Shown: positions 24,265 through 34,800 of the stretch, in pieces
Numbering within the stretch: the first letter of the stretch is position 1
Layout of the letters: each line of letters starts with the position of its first letter
Source of the DNA: Azolla caroliniana
Taxonomy: Eukaryota > Plantae > Polypodiophyta
DNA length: 64,000 nucleotides
NCBI GenBank assembly: GCA_043228905.1
Contig: JBHGNT010000020.1
Location: 15,686,001-15,750,000, forward strand
Direction: 5' to 3'
Translations under genes and position numbers: made by a program
The notes under the pieces: model-generated
Told to the model about the DNA's origin: nothing
Seen by the model: the letters and a program-made list of their open reading frames with translations, nothing else
Databases searched by the model: none

Positions 24265-24963
24265 TGTTGAGAATCAGATCTTCCGATTCACCTTCACCAC
24301 TCGGCCACAACCGAGAAATCTCCGAATCAATGGAGCAGAAAATAGGAAATACAGAGAAAGACACGATACACAGGGATTAACGTGGAAAACTCTATACGGG
24401 AAAAACCACGGGAGTGCGAGACTCCAAACCAAACTATGCACAGAGAAATATACAATGGCGAGCTGCAAGGCAACGACCTTGCGCTCGCTTTCTTCGCCAC
24501 AGGCGGCGGTATTACACAGAGGCGTCGACCTCTTCCTCTCTCACGCTCTATCTCGGCTGCTCTCACTTCGCTCCCTCTTAGTGGAAAAACAGAAAATGAG
24601 CAACAACAGACTTAACTGTTAGCCCTAAGTCATATTTATACACATATGACTTTCGGGCTATTTACAAATATAGCCTCAAGGGCTCTTGGCAAACATATTC
24701 ACAAATATGTCTCCGCATCCGGATCTCTCTCCGGGTACATTCGTCATCCGGCTCCGTAACCGGGGTCTTCATCATCCGGCTCCGTAGCCGGGGTCTTCAT
24801 CATCCGGCTCCGTAACCGGGGTCTTCATCATCCGGCTCCGTAACCGGGGTCTTCATCATCCGGCTCCGTAACCGGGGTCTTCATCATCCGGCTCCGTAAC
24901 CGCAACCGGGCTTGCCGTCATTCATCTCCGGACATCCCATCCGGAGGGACCGAAATCCCAACA
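24265..24963 (-). repeat. 5' LTR of copia A
   Basis: Followed on the minus strand by AAC and PBS TGGTATCAGAGC. Confidence 0.96.
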
Positions 24964-25432
24964 CTCGGTTCGAGAGGGAGGTTGCAGAAATTGGCCCTTA
25001 AAAACCGTGACAAAATCTGTCCAAGTATCGGGCAATTTCCCCATAGTACGGAGGCCACGCCACCAGGCGGCGGCCTTACCCCCGAGTTCTCGGCCGACAT
25101 ATGCAATCTTCGTACTATCTGGCGTGGGATAGAGCTCAAAATGAGACTCCCATCATCCCAGCCATGTGCAGATTGCTTCTTCGGTTCTTTCCTTTTTGTC
25201 TCCCGTAAATGGCTTAACGACAAATGATGGTTCACCTTGTCGCTCATCAGGTCTATTAGTCTCTCGTTGTAGACTAATGACACGTGCCTCAAGAGCACTC
25301 TGAGATTGCCGAAGTTTGGTCATCTGTTGAGCGGTGAAACTAAGGTATTGGGTTTATTTGTGCCAAATACATCTCAGTGGACATTTGTCCAGGAGGATTC
25401 CCTTGAGTTCCTTCCGCTTGAGCGGATGACAT
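24964..25432 (-). pseudogene. gypsy gag, 5' part (frame absent from the ORF track)
   Basis: Manual translation: ...KPFTGDKKERTEEAICTWLG*WESHFELYPTPDSTKIAYVGRELGGKAAAWWRGLRTMGKLPDTWTDFVTVFKGQFLQPPSR. It joins [10 protein letters not shown] in frame across the CTCGG TSD and shows the retrotransposon-gag L-G-A--WW...TW--F pattern. One stop (25153-25155) and a probable frameshift near 25355; the start codon is tentative. Confidence 0.8.
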
Positions 25433-26624
25433 CGGGTCGTTAATTTGAGCCATTAAAGATTATTTCTGGAAAAGAAATAGGATAAGGTCAGAGATATAGT
25501 CATAACATCTTGTCGTGATGTAAACATATCATGGGCGAGCATTAATCGATATCATTATCTCACGTCAATACCCCTCTAGACGTATGAGATGAGGTTCAAG
25601 ATCAGGTTACTATGGTAACACAAAGGTGTTTTAAAAACCATGGGGGTGACAAATAAATGTCTTTCCCTGATCTCTATATCGATTTTTTCATGGTGGCTCC
25701 CCGAGGCTCAACCATGTATGTTCGCGTCATGAATAGTTTATACACGAAAAAAAATGTTAACAATAAACTATGTTTCGGTGCCCACATAAGTGGTTTCGGC
25801 TCTTTAAGTCCTATTACGAGGACCCCGAGGTGCACTTAGACCTTAAGTCTAAACATGTGTTATAGTCATATGTATCAAGGATGTTGTATGGTCTTGGTCA
25901 TATTTGAACTCGAGACCTCGAGAACAAATACATTAAACACTTGAGCCAACCAAGTAAGTTGCTCTTCTCGAATGTTTAATGTTTGATGCGTATAAGAGAT
26001 ATGCGAGGCAATTGATCATATACGTTTTTTTAAAAGAACATATATGTCAAGGGTCCTTATTTCGCCCTCATTTACCAAAACTATGTTGGTACGTTACCTA
26101 ACCTCAAGTCTCGTAATTACGATGGCATACGCCAAAGTGCAACCTAATGGTCAAGCCAAATGAGCCCTTGTTTCGTAGTAGGCTCACGTGGGCCATCACA
26201 TGGTCACGTCATTACGAATGCCTCTCGTAAGAACGAGCTCATGGTGGCATCGTATCCATGTAACGAGGGAGGGATGTTGGATACGTGCGTCATTGGAGCG
26301 ACCTCACTTGAAGTGGGTCAACCCCTACGTACTCAACATCATTTTGGCTATTTGCGTTTCTTTACGTAACGAAATCGAGGTCGTCAATGGGGTTATCAAC
26401 AATAAAAAAATGTTGAAAAAGGGATGGTGACAACGCCATTCTCAAAAAAATGTGAGGACGGCCACCAACATCCTTTTCCCGACAAGGACAACTTTCGATA
26501 TAATCACGTAATAACGAATATACACATATGTTTACTTATCACATATATATGATCAAATACGTATATATGTGACCACATATGCCTATATTAAACATATCGT
26601 TATATTAAATAGCCACAAATGATG

Positions 26625-26895
26625 TGATCGAGATACGTAATCGAGGTGTATACCTCTACGCACACGAAACATCCACAAATAAGAGATCATCGTAATACGC
26701 AATGGAGATATTGACCTCTTACGCATACGAGACCAAACGCATATCGTTTACAACAAATCAAGGTATTAAACTCATACGCAAACGTAACATATGTTCGTGA
26801 TCGTAATACGTAATTGAGGTATTAACCTCGTACGCATACGACACTCATCACATATTATTAATATGTCAAACGAGGTATTGACCTCGTGCACATAT
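26625..26895. repeat. array of five hairpin motifs (GAGGT-ATTR-ACCTC) at ~56-bp period in the gypsy leader
   Basis: Cores at 26643, 26705, 26760, 26816 and 26872, each followed by a TACGCATACG-like tail; the sequence between units differs. Confidence 0.78.
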
Positions 26896-27142
26896 GTAAA
26901 CGTTTTAGATAATCAATTAAAGACCACTACAACATCATTGACTTAATGAAAAAAATTACATATAAACTAAACACATGATTAGATGGGAGAAGAGAGAATA
27001 GAAAGAAAAATTATGGAAAGAGTTACCGAAGTTCTTTGTGGATCGTTGTCTGGATCAAGGCCAACCGCACAACGATCGATCAGCATCAATCAAAAGACAA
27101 ATGAAAAACAAAGAAACATTAGTACAAAAATCTGATACCAAA

Positions 27143-27597
27143 TATTATAGATCTTGGTACTAACGTAAGCTTAAGATAAGGATAATGAAAAGATAGATAG
27201 AAAGGAGAAAGAGAAAGAAGGGTGCCGATCCACCCGACCACCCCCGAGCGAAGGGATCGAGACGGACTCGAGGCTCGATCGGCGTCCCATACCACCGCCG
27301 TGGCGTCGAGTCGTACCTGGTGCTGGCGCGCTCGCTACAAGAGTTGACCCACCACACGAGCAGAGTCTCGATGTAGTCAAAAGATGATCAAATGAGGGTA
27401 GCTAGGCCTCTTATTTATAGCGATACCCAAGGCCCCCAAGCAAGTTCACACTTGACCTAATGGGTTGTCTCAATCCCGAGGATTAAAAGTAATCCTCCCC
27501 TTCTTTACACTCTCGTTTAACCCTCACACTTATCCACGTGTATAGAATACTACGGTAAATTCTTACCACGGGATATTATATGGTCATGCCCGTAACA
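27143..27597 (-). repeat. 5' LTR of the gypsy element
   Basis: Lies between the PBS (27131-27140) and a TG terminus at 27597 that abuts copia coding sequence. TATA box present. The 3' end reads TA instead of CA, and there is no partner LTR in the window. Confidence 0.7.
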
Positions 27598-29560
27598 GAC
27601 CGTCTCCGAACAGCCGACGTTGTCGGTTCACTTGACCTTAGATTGACGGTAGTTGGGGTTGATTGGGGAGTCGTATCCGAATTCTATTGCTTCCAGTCTT
27701 CAATCGTCTTATCTTCAAGAAAGACTACGTCCCGACTTCTCACTACCTTCTTGTTGACTAGGTCCCATAGCCTATAGCCAAACTCATCTTCCGAGTATCC
27801 CATGAATATGCATGCTTTCGACTTATTGTTGAGCTTTGACCTCTGATCCTTCAGTACATGCATGTACCCCAATCATCCGAATACCCTCAGGTGTTGGTAG
27901 GAGACATCCTTCCCTATCTACACTCTTTGTGGGACATCACCCTTTAATGGTACTGAGGGAGACCTATTGATAAGATAAACAGATGTGTACATCGCCTCAG
28001 CCCAATTGGATTTCATCAGTTTCGCATGATAGAGCATGCTCCTTACCCTCTCCATGATTGTTCGATTCATCCTCTCTGCAAGCCCGTTCAACTCTGGGGT
28101 CTTTGGCACTGTGTATTCGATCTGAATACCTTGGCACTTGCAGTATTCCTCGAATTGCTCTCTATACTCGCCACCGTTGTCGGTTTGAACAAGCTTCAAC
28201 TTCTGACCCGACTCTCGTTCAACTCTAGCCTGGAACTCCTTGATAACCGACAATACTTGATCCTTCGACTTCAGTACGAAGGCCCATGTCTTCCGACTAT
28301 AGTCATCGATGAACGTCACAAAGTACTCTCCACCTCGATGCGATGGAGCATCTACATAACACACATCCGTGTGTACCAGTTCCAGTGCAGCTTCTCTTCT
28401 TCTCGGTGGTCTTGTGTGGAATGTTGGTTTGTTCTGCTTTCCGACTAAGCAGTCGACGCACTTCTCCAGGTGCACTCCCTTGACTTCTGGTAGAAGCTTT
28501 TGGTCGGCTAGCAGGTGCATTCCTTTCTCACTCATGTGGCCTAGCCTCTTATGCCATATCTCTCCTATTGTGTCAGCTACCACATTTACTTCTGGTTTGC
28601 ATAGTCGGGCATGCATCATATATAATGTGCCTTCTTTCTGTGCTCCGGCCTCTATGAGATTTCCTAGGCAGAACTTCCACCTGCCATTCCGAAAGCTACC
28701 ACTATAGCCTTCGTCATCTAACCTTCCATTCGATATCAGATTCAATTTGATATTGGGGATGTGTCGAACATCCTTCAGAGTCAATCGGCACCCTATTGAC
28801 GTCGTCAAGCAGACACTTCCGACTCCGGCTATCTTGCACTCTCCACTATCACCCATTTTCACATAACCGTGATCTCTGACTATGTAAGTCGAGAAATACT
28901 CTCTCGACGGAGTTATGTGGAACGATGCCCCGGAATCGATCACCCAAGTGCATTCTTCACTTGCAAGATTTGCACTTGTCTGTTCACAGATGAACAACAC
29001 TTCTTCATTGCTCGTAGCAATGGCAGAAGTGTTCTTCTCATCAGGAGTCTTCCTGGGTTCGACATTGTTTCCGACACCCTTGTCTTTTCTCATGTGTCAG
29101 TAGTCTTTCTGGAAGTGTCCAGGTTTACCACAGTAAAAGCACACTAGCATACCTCTAGACTTTGATCTGGCTTGGGACTTTTCTCTCCTTGGTGGACTTA
29201 TTTGCCGGTTCCTCTGTTCGAATGTTGTGTTACATTCGACTCCGACTGGGACATGACTCCCTTGTCCTTCCTCCTTGCCTCCTCATTTAGGATGCTTGTC
29301 TTTACGGTTTGTAAAGACAAGTTCTCTTCTTGACAAGAGGTGCTGAGAGTAACCACTAGGTTCTCCCAGCTATTCGGCAGTGTGCACATCAGTAGAATGG
29401 CCTACATCGCATCATCCAGGGGAAACTTGGTTGCAAAAAGTTGATTCACATACCCCATGAATGTGTTGATGTGTTCGATGATGCTCTCACCGTCTCTGTA
29501 TTTCAGCTATACGATCTTTCTCATCAATGAGGTTTTATTGAGCGCGTTCTTCCTCTCATA
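27598..29560 (-). mobile_element. old degenerate Ty1/copia fragment E (partial gag, PR, IN), a diverged relative of A-D
   Basis: YERKNALNKTSLMRKIV, TLPNSWENLVVTLSTSC, WVIDSGASFH, WHKRLGH, TDNGGEY and CIFMGYSEDEFGYRLWD, with several stops and frameshifts. No LTRs. Confidence 0.92.
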
Positions 29561-29609
29561 TACGCACTCATATACGCACGCAACAACTTTAGCAAGGTGA
29601 AGGAATGTA

Positions 29610-29735
29610 AACACATAATGAATCAAAAGCATGAAATAGAATTGATGTAAGTTTCTTACTAACCTTGACTTTAACACATAATGAATCAAAAGCATGAAAT
29701 AGAATTGATGTAAGTTTCTTACTAACCTTGACTTT
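29610..29735. repeat. 63-bp direct tandem duplication
   Basis: ACACATAATGAATCAAAAGCATG...CCTTGACTTTAA at 29611 and 29674. Confidence 0.9.
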
Positions 29736-30096
29736 AAGGTGATGTGGTCCAACTTCCTGGCATGCATAATTTATCCTTAGCCTTTGAATTTTCACATGTA
29801 ATTCTTTCATTTCTTTGGTTTCTATTAAAAAACCTCACATTAATATCATAAGGATGGATTTTTTAAAGTTACTGGTTCTGTTTCATGAAATTTCTTGTCT
29901 TTGCATCAAAGGAAAATTATGTATTTCCCATTAGTGTTGCAGTGAAGGTTTCCCATTATGTTTCCCACCATGCACAAACATGTCTTGAAGTTTGGAAGCT
30001 TCTAAATAACAATATGTTTGTGTGTATTATTGTACACACGTTTTATCCTTGAAAATGGTCACTGATGCTATTTTGTTGCATCATTAAAGGAAGCAG

Positions 30097-31026
30097 GTTG
30101 GAAGATGCTGGCTATGGTGTATGTCTCAGAATGCTCGAGCTACTTAGTCATCGAGAAAAGGTGATCTATGTCTCATTGTTTAACCTCGTTCTTCGTATCA
30201 CTGAAATAACGTGCAGGCTAAAACGAGGAAATAAGATTATTGGGAATCCTCTCTTTTGTACACAACACACTTTGGAGATCCCTTTTTGGAAAGGTATCTA
30301 TTTACGACTAGGTGATTTTCATCTTTCTTTTGAAGGCTGCATTATCTAATATTTGTGGGAAAAAGGTTGCAGATTCTTTGGAGCAGGGAACAGAAAATGA
30401 AGGTGAATACATGATCAGTGAGAGAGAGCTCCTTGTGAATAGGTATCTCAGGATGATTCCACATACATTAAACTCATTTTATCTTAGTTGATTGCAATTG
30501 CATTATTTTTCTTCAAAACTTCTAGTTGGCCTATGAATCATGATGATAGCTTCCCTCCCTGTCTTTTTCTTTTTAACAGATATTCTCAAATATATATCGA
30601 CCTACAATGATTGCATTTGCAACCTTTTCCTTCACTAATGGCATTCTTGTACACATATTGACTTGTTAAAACCATACCTGTATTGCTTCTTTCATGATGG
30701 CAGTGTTGAAAGCATTGGTTTGATCTACAGTACCAATATTGAAACACATGCTAACCTTTGATGATTGCACTTGCCCTTTTTCTCATTGTCTTCAGTACTG
30801 ATGTATTAATATAGATTTGACTCCTGTTGATGGTTGCATTTGCTTGATTTTCTTCCTCAACAGCACTAAAATAATATGTTTGCTGTATGTTGGTGTCATT
30901 TGATTGGTCTTTCCATACGATAGCTTGTAGTAATGAATGAAGTATTGATAGTATTCTATTGCAGGTTTATTTGTGCCGAAGGATATGGGTGTTTTCAACT
31001 GTGGTGTTTATTCTTTTGGAGCGTAA
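30097..31026 (+). pseudogene. TRS31: intron-containing fragment of a TRAPP complex subunit TRS31/TRAPPC5 gene (4 internal exons)
   Basis: AG/GT-bounded exons: 30097-30160 (LEDAGYGVCLRMLELLSHREK), 30217-30293 (..IRLLGILSFVHNTLWRSLFGK), 30366-30442 (VADSLEQGTENEGEYMISERELLVNR) and 30965-~31010 (FI.VPKDMGVFNCG). These match plant TRS31 as recalled from memory. Apparent 1-bp and 2-bp deletions; N- and C-terminal exons not found. Confidence 0.88.
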
Positions 31027-31625
31027 GCTATTCAAGCCTCTTCTGAAACAGCTTAAAACAACTTGAATTGTTGTTTCAAGCCGTTTCTGAAACAACTTAA
31101 AACAACTTGAATTGCTTTAAGATGACGGTCTCAAACCGTATGGATCCAATCTAAACCTAACTGAAGCAACCTCCTAGAATCGTCTAAACCAAACCCTGAA
31201 TTAAACCGAATTGAGCCATGAAATCATCTGAACTAGGCCCGAGTTGAATCGAATCAAACTTTTAATTCGAACAAGGCCTAAATTGACCCGAATCGAACCG
31301 AAGAAAAACTCGCAATAACAAACTACGAAGCTGTGATTTCCGGTGCGGCTTTAGATGGCACCAAATCATCGCTGATTCTGATCAAGAAAAAAGATTGAAG
31401 CAAATGCCAACATTTGTACAATTGTAGGGTCTTTTTTTAAGCTTGTGTTTAGGTCAAATGAGAGGAAAAGATTGTATAAAACACAAAGATCAAGTAAACA
31501 CTAGAACCAGAGCTCCTTTGGACATGGGCTTGAAACTGCACAGACTCAGCTCCCCAGAGTGACAGATCCATCCAATCCGCCATGACTTCTTAACCCTTGG
31601 CTTCTCCGCACTGTCCTCCAAGCCC

Positions 31626-31736
31626 ATCATCACGTTTGTCATAGGCAATGCCGAGAAGTTGGAAGAGGTGAAGATGATCCTGGGAGACTCTGTCCCCTTT
31701 TAATCTCCTTCCAATCTTTCAGGATTGACTGTAAGT
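31626..31736 (+). pseudogene. ITPA: first-exon fragment of inosine triphosphate pyrophosphatase (HAM1 family)
   Basis: ITFVIGNAEKLEEVKMILGDSVPF*S...FQSFRID, then donor GTAAGT at 31731. Matches the ITPA N-terminal motif TFVTGNAKKLEEV. In-frame TAA at 31701; no later exons. Confidence 0.8.
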
Positions 31737-31765
31737 AGATTGTGTGAAAAGAGATAATTTTGCTC

Positions 31766-31768
<3 letters not shown>

Positions 31769-31812
<44 letters not shown>
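31769..31812. repeat. (TC)n microsatellite, ~22 units
   Basis: Read directly from the sequence. Confidence 0.95.
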
Positions 31813-31814
<2 letters not shown>

Positions 31815-31875
31815 TTTGTGTTGTAGTTTGCAGAGTTACATCCCATTTCAGCATCCTTCTTTTGTGTTGTAGTTC

Positions 31876-34800
31876 GTAATTTCGAAACTCAGGGCGAGAG
31901 ACATGAAGAAAAAAGTAATGTTGAGGAGGGCATAGACAAGAGCGCGTGAGTAAATGAAAATGTTTTTACTTGGCTCGTGTGATATCAGAATTTTGTGTTG
32001 AAACATTCGAATCGAAGTTAATGAAGCTAGCTACGATTTGGAATTGAAAAATCGTGATTTTTAAATTCAGGGTGAGAGACATGAAGAAAAAAGTAAAGTT
32101 GAGGAGGGCGTAGTCACGAGCGCATGAGTAAATGAAAATGTTCATACCTGGCTCGTGTGATATCAGAAGTTTGTGTTCGAACATACGAATCAAAGCTAAC
32201 GAAACTAGCTATGATATAGGATAGACTAATCATGATTTTAAAATTCACGCCAAGAGACATGAAGACAAAAGTAATGTTGAGGAGGGCGTAGTCAAAAGCT
32301 CGTGAGTAAATGAAAATTTTTATACCTGGCTTGTGTGATAACGGATTTTTGTGTTCAGACATACGAATCGAAGCTAACGAAGCTAGCTATGATATAGGAT
32401 AGACTAATCATGATTTTAAAACTCAAGGCGAGAGACATGAAGAAAAACGTAAAATTGAGGAGGGTGTAGTCAAGAGCGCGTGAGTAAATGAAAATGTTCA
32501 TACCTGGCTCGTGTGATAACGGATTTTTGTGTTCTAACATACGAATCGAAGCAAACAAAGCTAGTTCTGATATACGATTGAAAAATTGTGATTTTGAAAT
32601 TCAGGGCGAGAGACATGAAGAAAAACGTAAAGTTGAGGAGGGCGTAGTCAAGAGCGCGTGAGTAAATGAAAACATTCATACCTGGCTCATGTGATAACAG
32701 ATTTTTGTGTTCAAACATGCAAATTGAAGCTAACGAAGCTAGTTCTGATTTACGATTGAAAAATTGTGATTTTGAAATTCAGGGCGAGAGACATGAAGAA
32801 AAACGTAAAGTTGAGGAGGGCGTAGTCAAGAGCGCGTGAGTAAATGAAAACATTCATACCTGGCTCATGTGATAACAAATTTTTGTCTTCAAACATGCGA
32901 ATTGAAGCTAATGAAGCTAGCTCAGATATATGATTGAAAAATTATGTTTTCGAAACTCAGGTCGAGAGACATGAAGAAAAAAGTAAAGTTGAGGAGGGCG
33001 TAGATAAAAGCGCCTGAGTAAATTAAAATGTTCATACCTGGCTCCTGTGATATCGGAATGTTGTGTTGAAAGATGCGAATAGGAGCTAACAAAGCTACCT
33101 ATGATATGGAATTAAAAAATCGTGACTTTGAAATTCAAGGCGAGAGACATGAAGAATAAAGTAAATTTGAGGAGGGCGTAGTCAAGAGCGCGAGAGTAAA
33201 TGAAAATGTTCATACCTGGCTCGTGTGATATCGGATGTTTGTGTCTAAACATGCGAATTGTAGCTAACGAAGCTAGCACTAATATAGGATTGAAAAATCA
33301 TGATTTTGAATCTCAGGTCGAGAGACATGAAGAATGAGGCAATGTTGACGAGGGCGTGGACAACAACGCGTGAGTAAATGAGAATTTTCATACCTCGCTC
33401 GTGTGATATATGATTGAAAATGTGCATTCCTGGCTCGTGTGATAACGGATATTTATGTTCAAACACGAGAATCGAAGCTAACGAAGCTAGCTATGATATA
33501 CGATAGACTAATCATGATTTTAAAATCAGGCCGAGAGACATGAAGAAAAAAGTAAAGTTGAGGAGGGACTAGTCAATAGTTTGTGAGTAAATGAAAATGT
33601 TCATACCTAGCTCGTGTGATAAGGGAATTTTGTGTTCAAACATGCGAATTGAAGATAACGAAGCTAGCTCTGATATAGGATTGAAAAATCATGATTTTGA
33701 AACTCAGTTCGAGAGACATGAAGAAAAAGGCAAAGTTGAGGAGGGCGTAGACCAGAGCGCGCGAGTAAATGAAAATGTTTATACTTGGCTCGTGTGATTT
33801 GGGATATTTGTGTTCAAACATGCGAATCGAAGCTAGCTCTAATATATGATTGAAAAATCATGATTTGGAATCTCAGGTCGAGAGACATGAAGAAAAAAGC
33901 AAAGTTGAGGAGGGCGTAGACAAGAGCACGTGAGTAAATGAAAATGTTCATCCCTGGGTGGTGTGATATCGGATTTTTGTGTTCAAACATTGAATTGAAC
34001 CTAACCACTGTATCTATGATATGGAATTGAAAATTCATTATTTTAAAACTCAGGTCGAGAGACATGATAAAAAAAGCAAAGTTGAGGAGGGCCTACACAT
34101 GAGCGTGCTTGAGTAAATGAAAATGTTCATACCTAGGTCGTGTGATATCGAATTTCTGTGTTCAAACATTCGAATTGAAGATAAACACGCTAGTTATGAT
34201 TGCAATTGAAAGTTGATGACTTTGAAACTCAGGTCGAGAGACATGAATAAACAAGCAAAGTTGAGGAGGTCGTAGACAAGAGGGCGTGAGTAAATGAAAA
34301 TGTTCATACCTAGCTCGTGTGATATTAGATTTTTGTGTTCAAACATGTACATTGAAGCTAGGTAAGCTATCCATGTTATGGAATTGAAAAATCATGATTT
34401 TGAAACTCAGGTCGAGAGACATGATGAAAAAAGCAAAGTTGAGGAAGTCGTAGACAAGAGCACGTGAGTAAATGAAAATGTTCATACCTGGCTCATGTGA
34501 TATCGGATTTTTGTGTTCAAACATGAGAATTGAAGCTAACCACGCTATCTATGATATGGAACTGAAAAATCATCATTTGAAAACTCAGGTCGAGAGACAT
34601 GATGAAAAAAGCAAAGTTGAGGAGGGCCTACACAAGAGCGTCTGAGTAAATTGAAATGTTCATACCTAGCCCGTGTGATATGGGATTTTTATGTTCAAAC
34701 ATGCGAATCGAAGCCAACAATGCTAGCTATCATATAAAATTGGAAAATCATAATTTTAAAACTCAGGTCAAGAGACATGATGAAAAAAGCAAAGTTGAGG

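Larger units (their letters stand above)
14133..24963 (-). mobile_element. Ty1/copia element A (Tnt1/Tto1-like, Tork-type), full length but split by element B
   Basis: TG...CA LTRs at 14133-14831 and 24265-24963 (699 bp each, one C/T mismatch seen). TSD CTCGG at 14128-14132 and 24964-24968. PBS-Met 24250-24261. PPT 14832-14844. Confidence 0.96.
12258..27597 (-). mobile_element. Ty3/gypsy (chromovirus-like) LTR retrotransposon, 3'-truncated inside RT and interrupted by copia A
   Basis: 5' LTR 27143-27597 starts TGTTACGGG on the minus strand and has TATAAATA near 27412-27419. PBS TGGTATCAGA at 27131-27140. A ~1.7-kb leader is followed by gag-PR-RT. RNase H, integrase and the 3' LTR are missing; the element is fused to satellite at 12257. 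Confidence 0.88.

Noticed and set aside
18292-24963. Tandem element sharing an LTR, or a recombinant of A and B
   Set aside because: Separate TSDs and distinct LTR pairs show a true nested insertion.
24918-25298. 126-aa minus-strand ORF read as the gypsy gag
   Set aside because: Wrong frame; the gag motifs are in a neighbouring frame broken by a stop.
26625-26895. True CRISPR array
   Set aside because: Plant retroelement context, degenerate repeats and no cas genes. It is kept only as a hairpin array.
30065-30349. 94-aa ORF read as an intact gene
   Set aside because: It reads through a TRS31 exon and introns and then out of frame.
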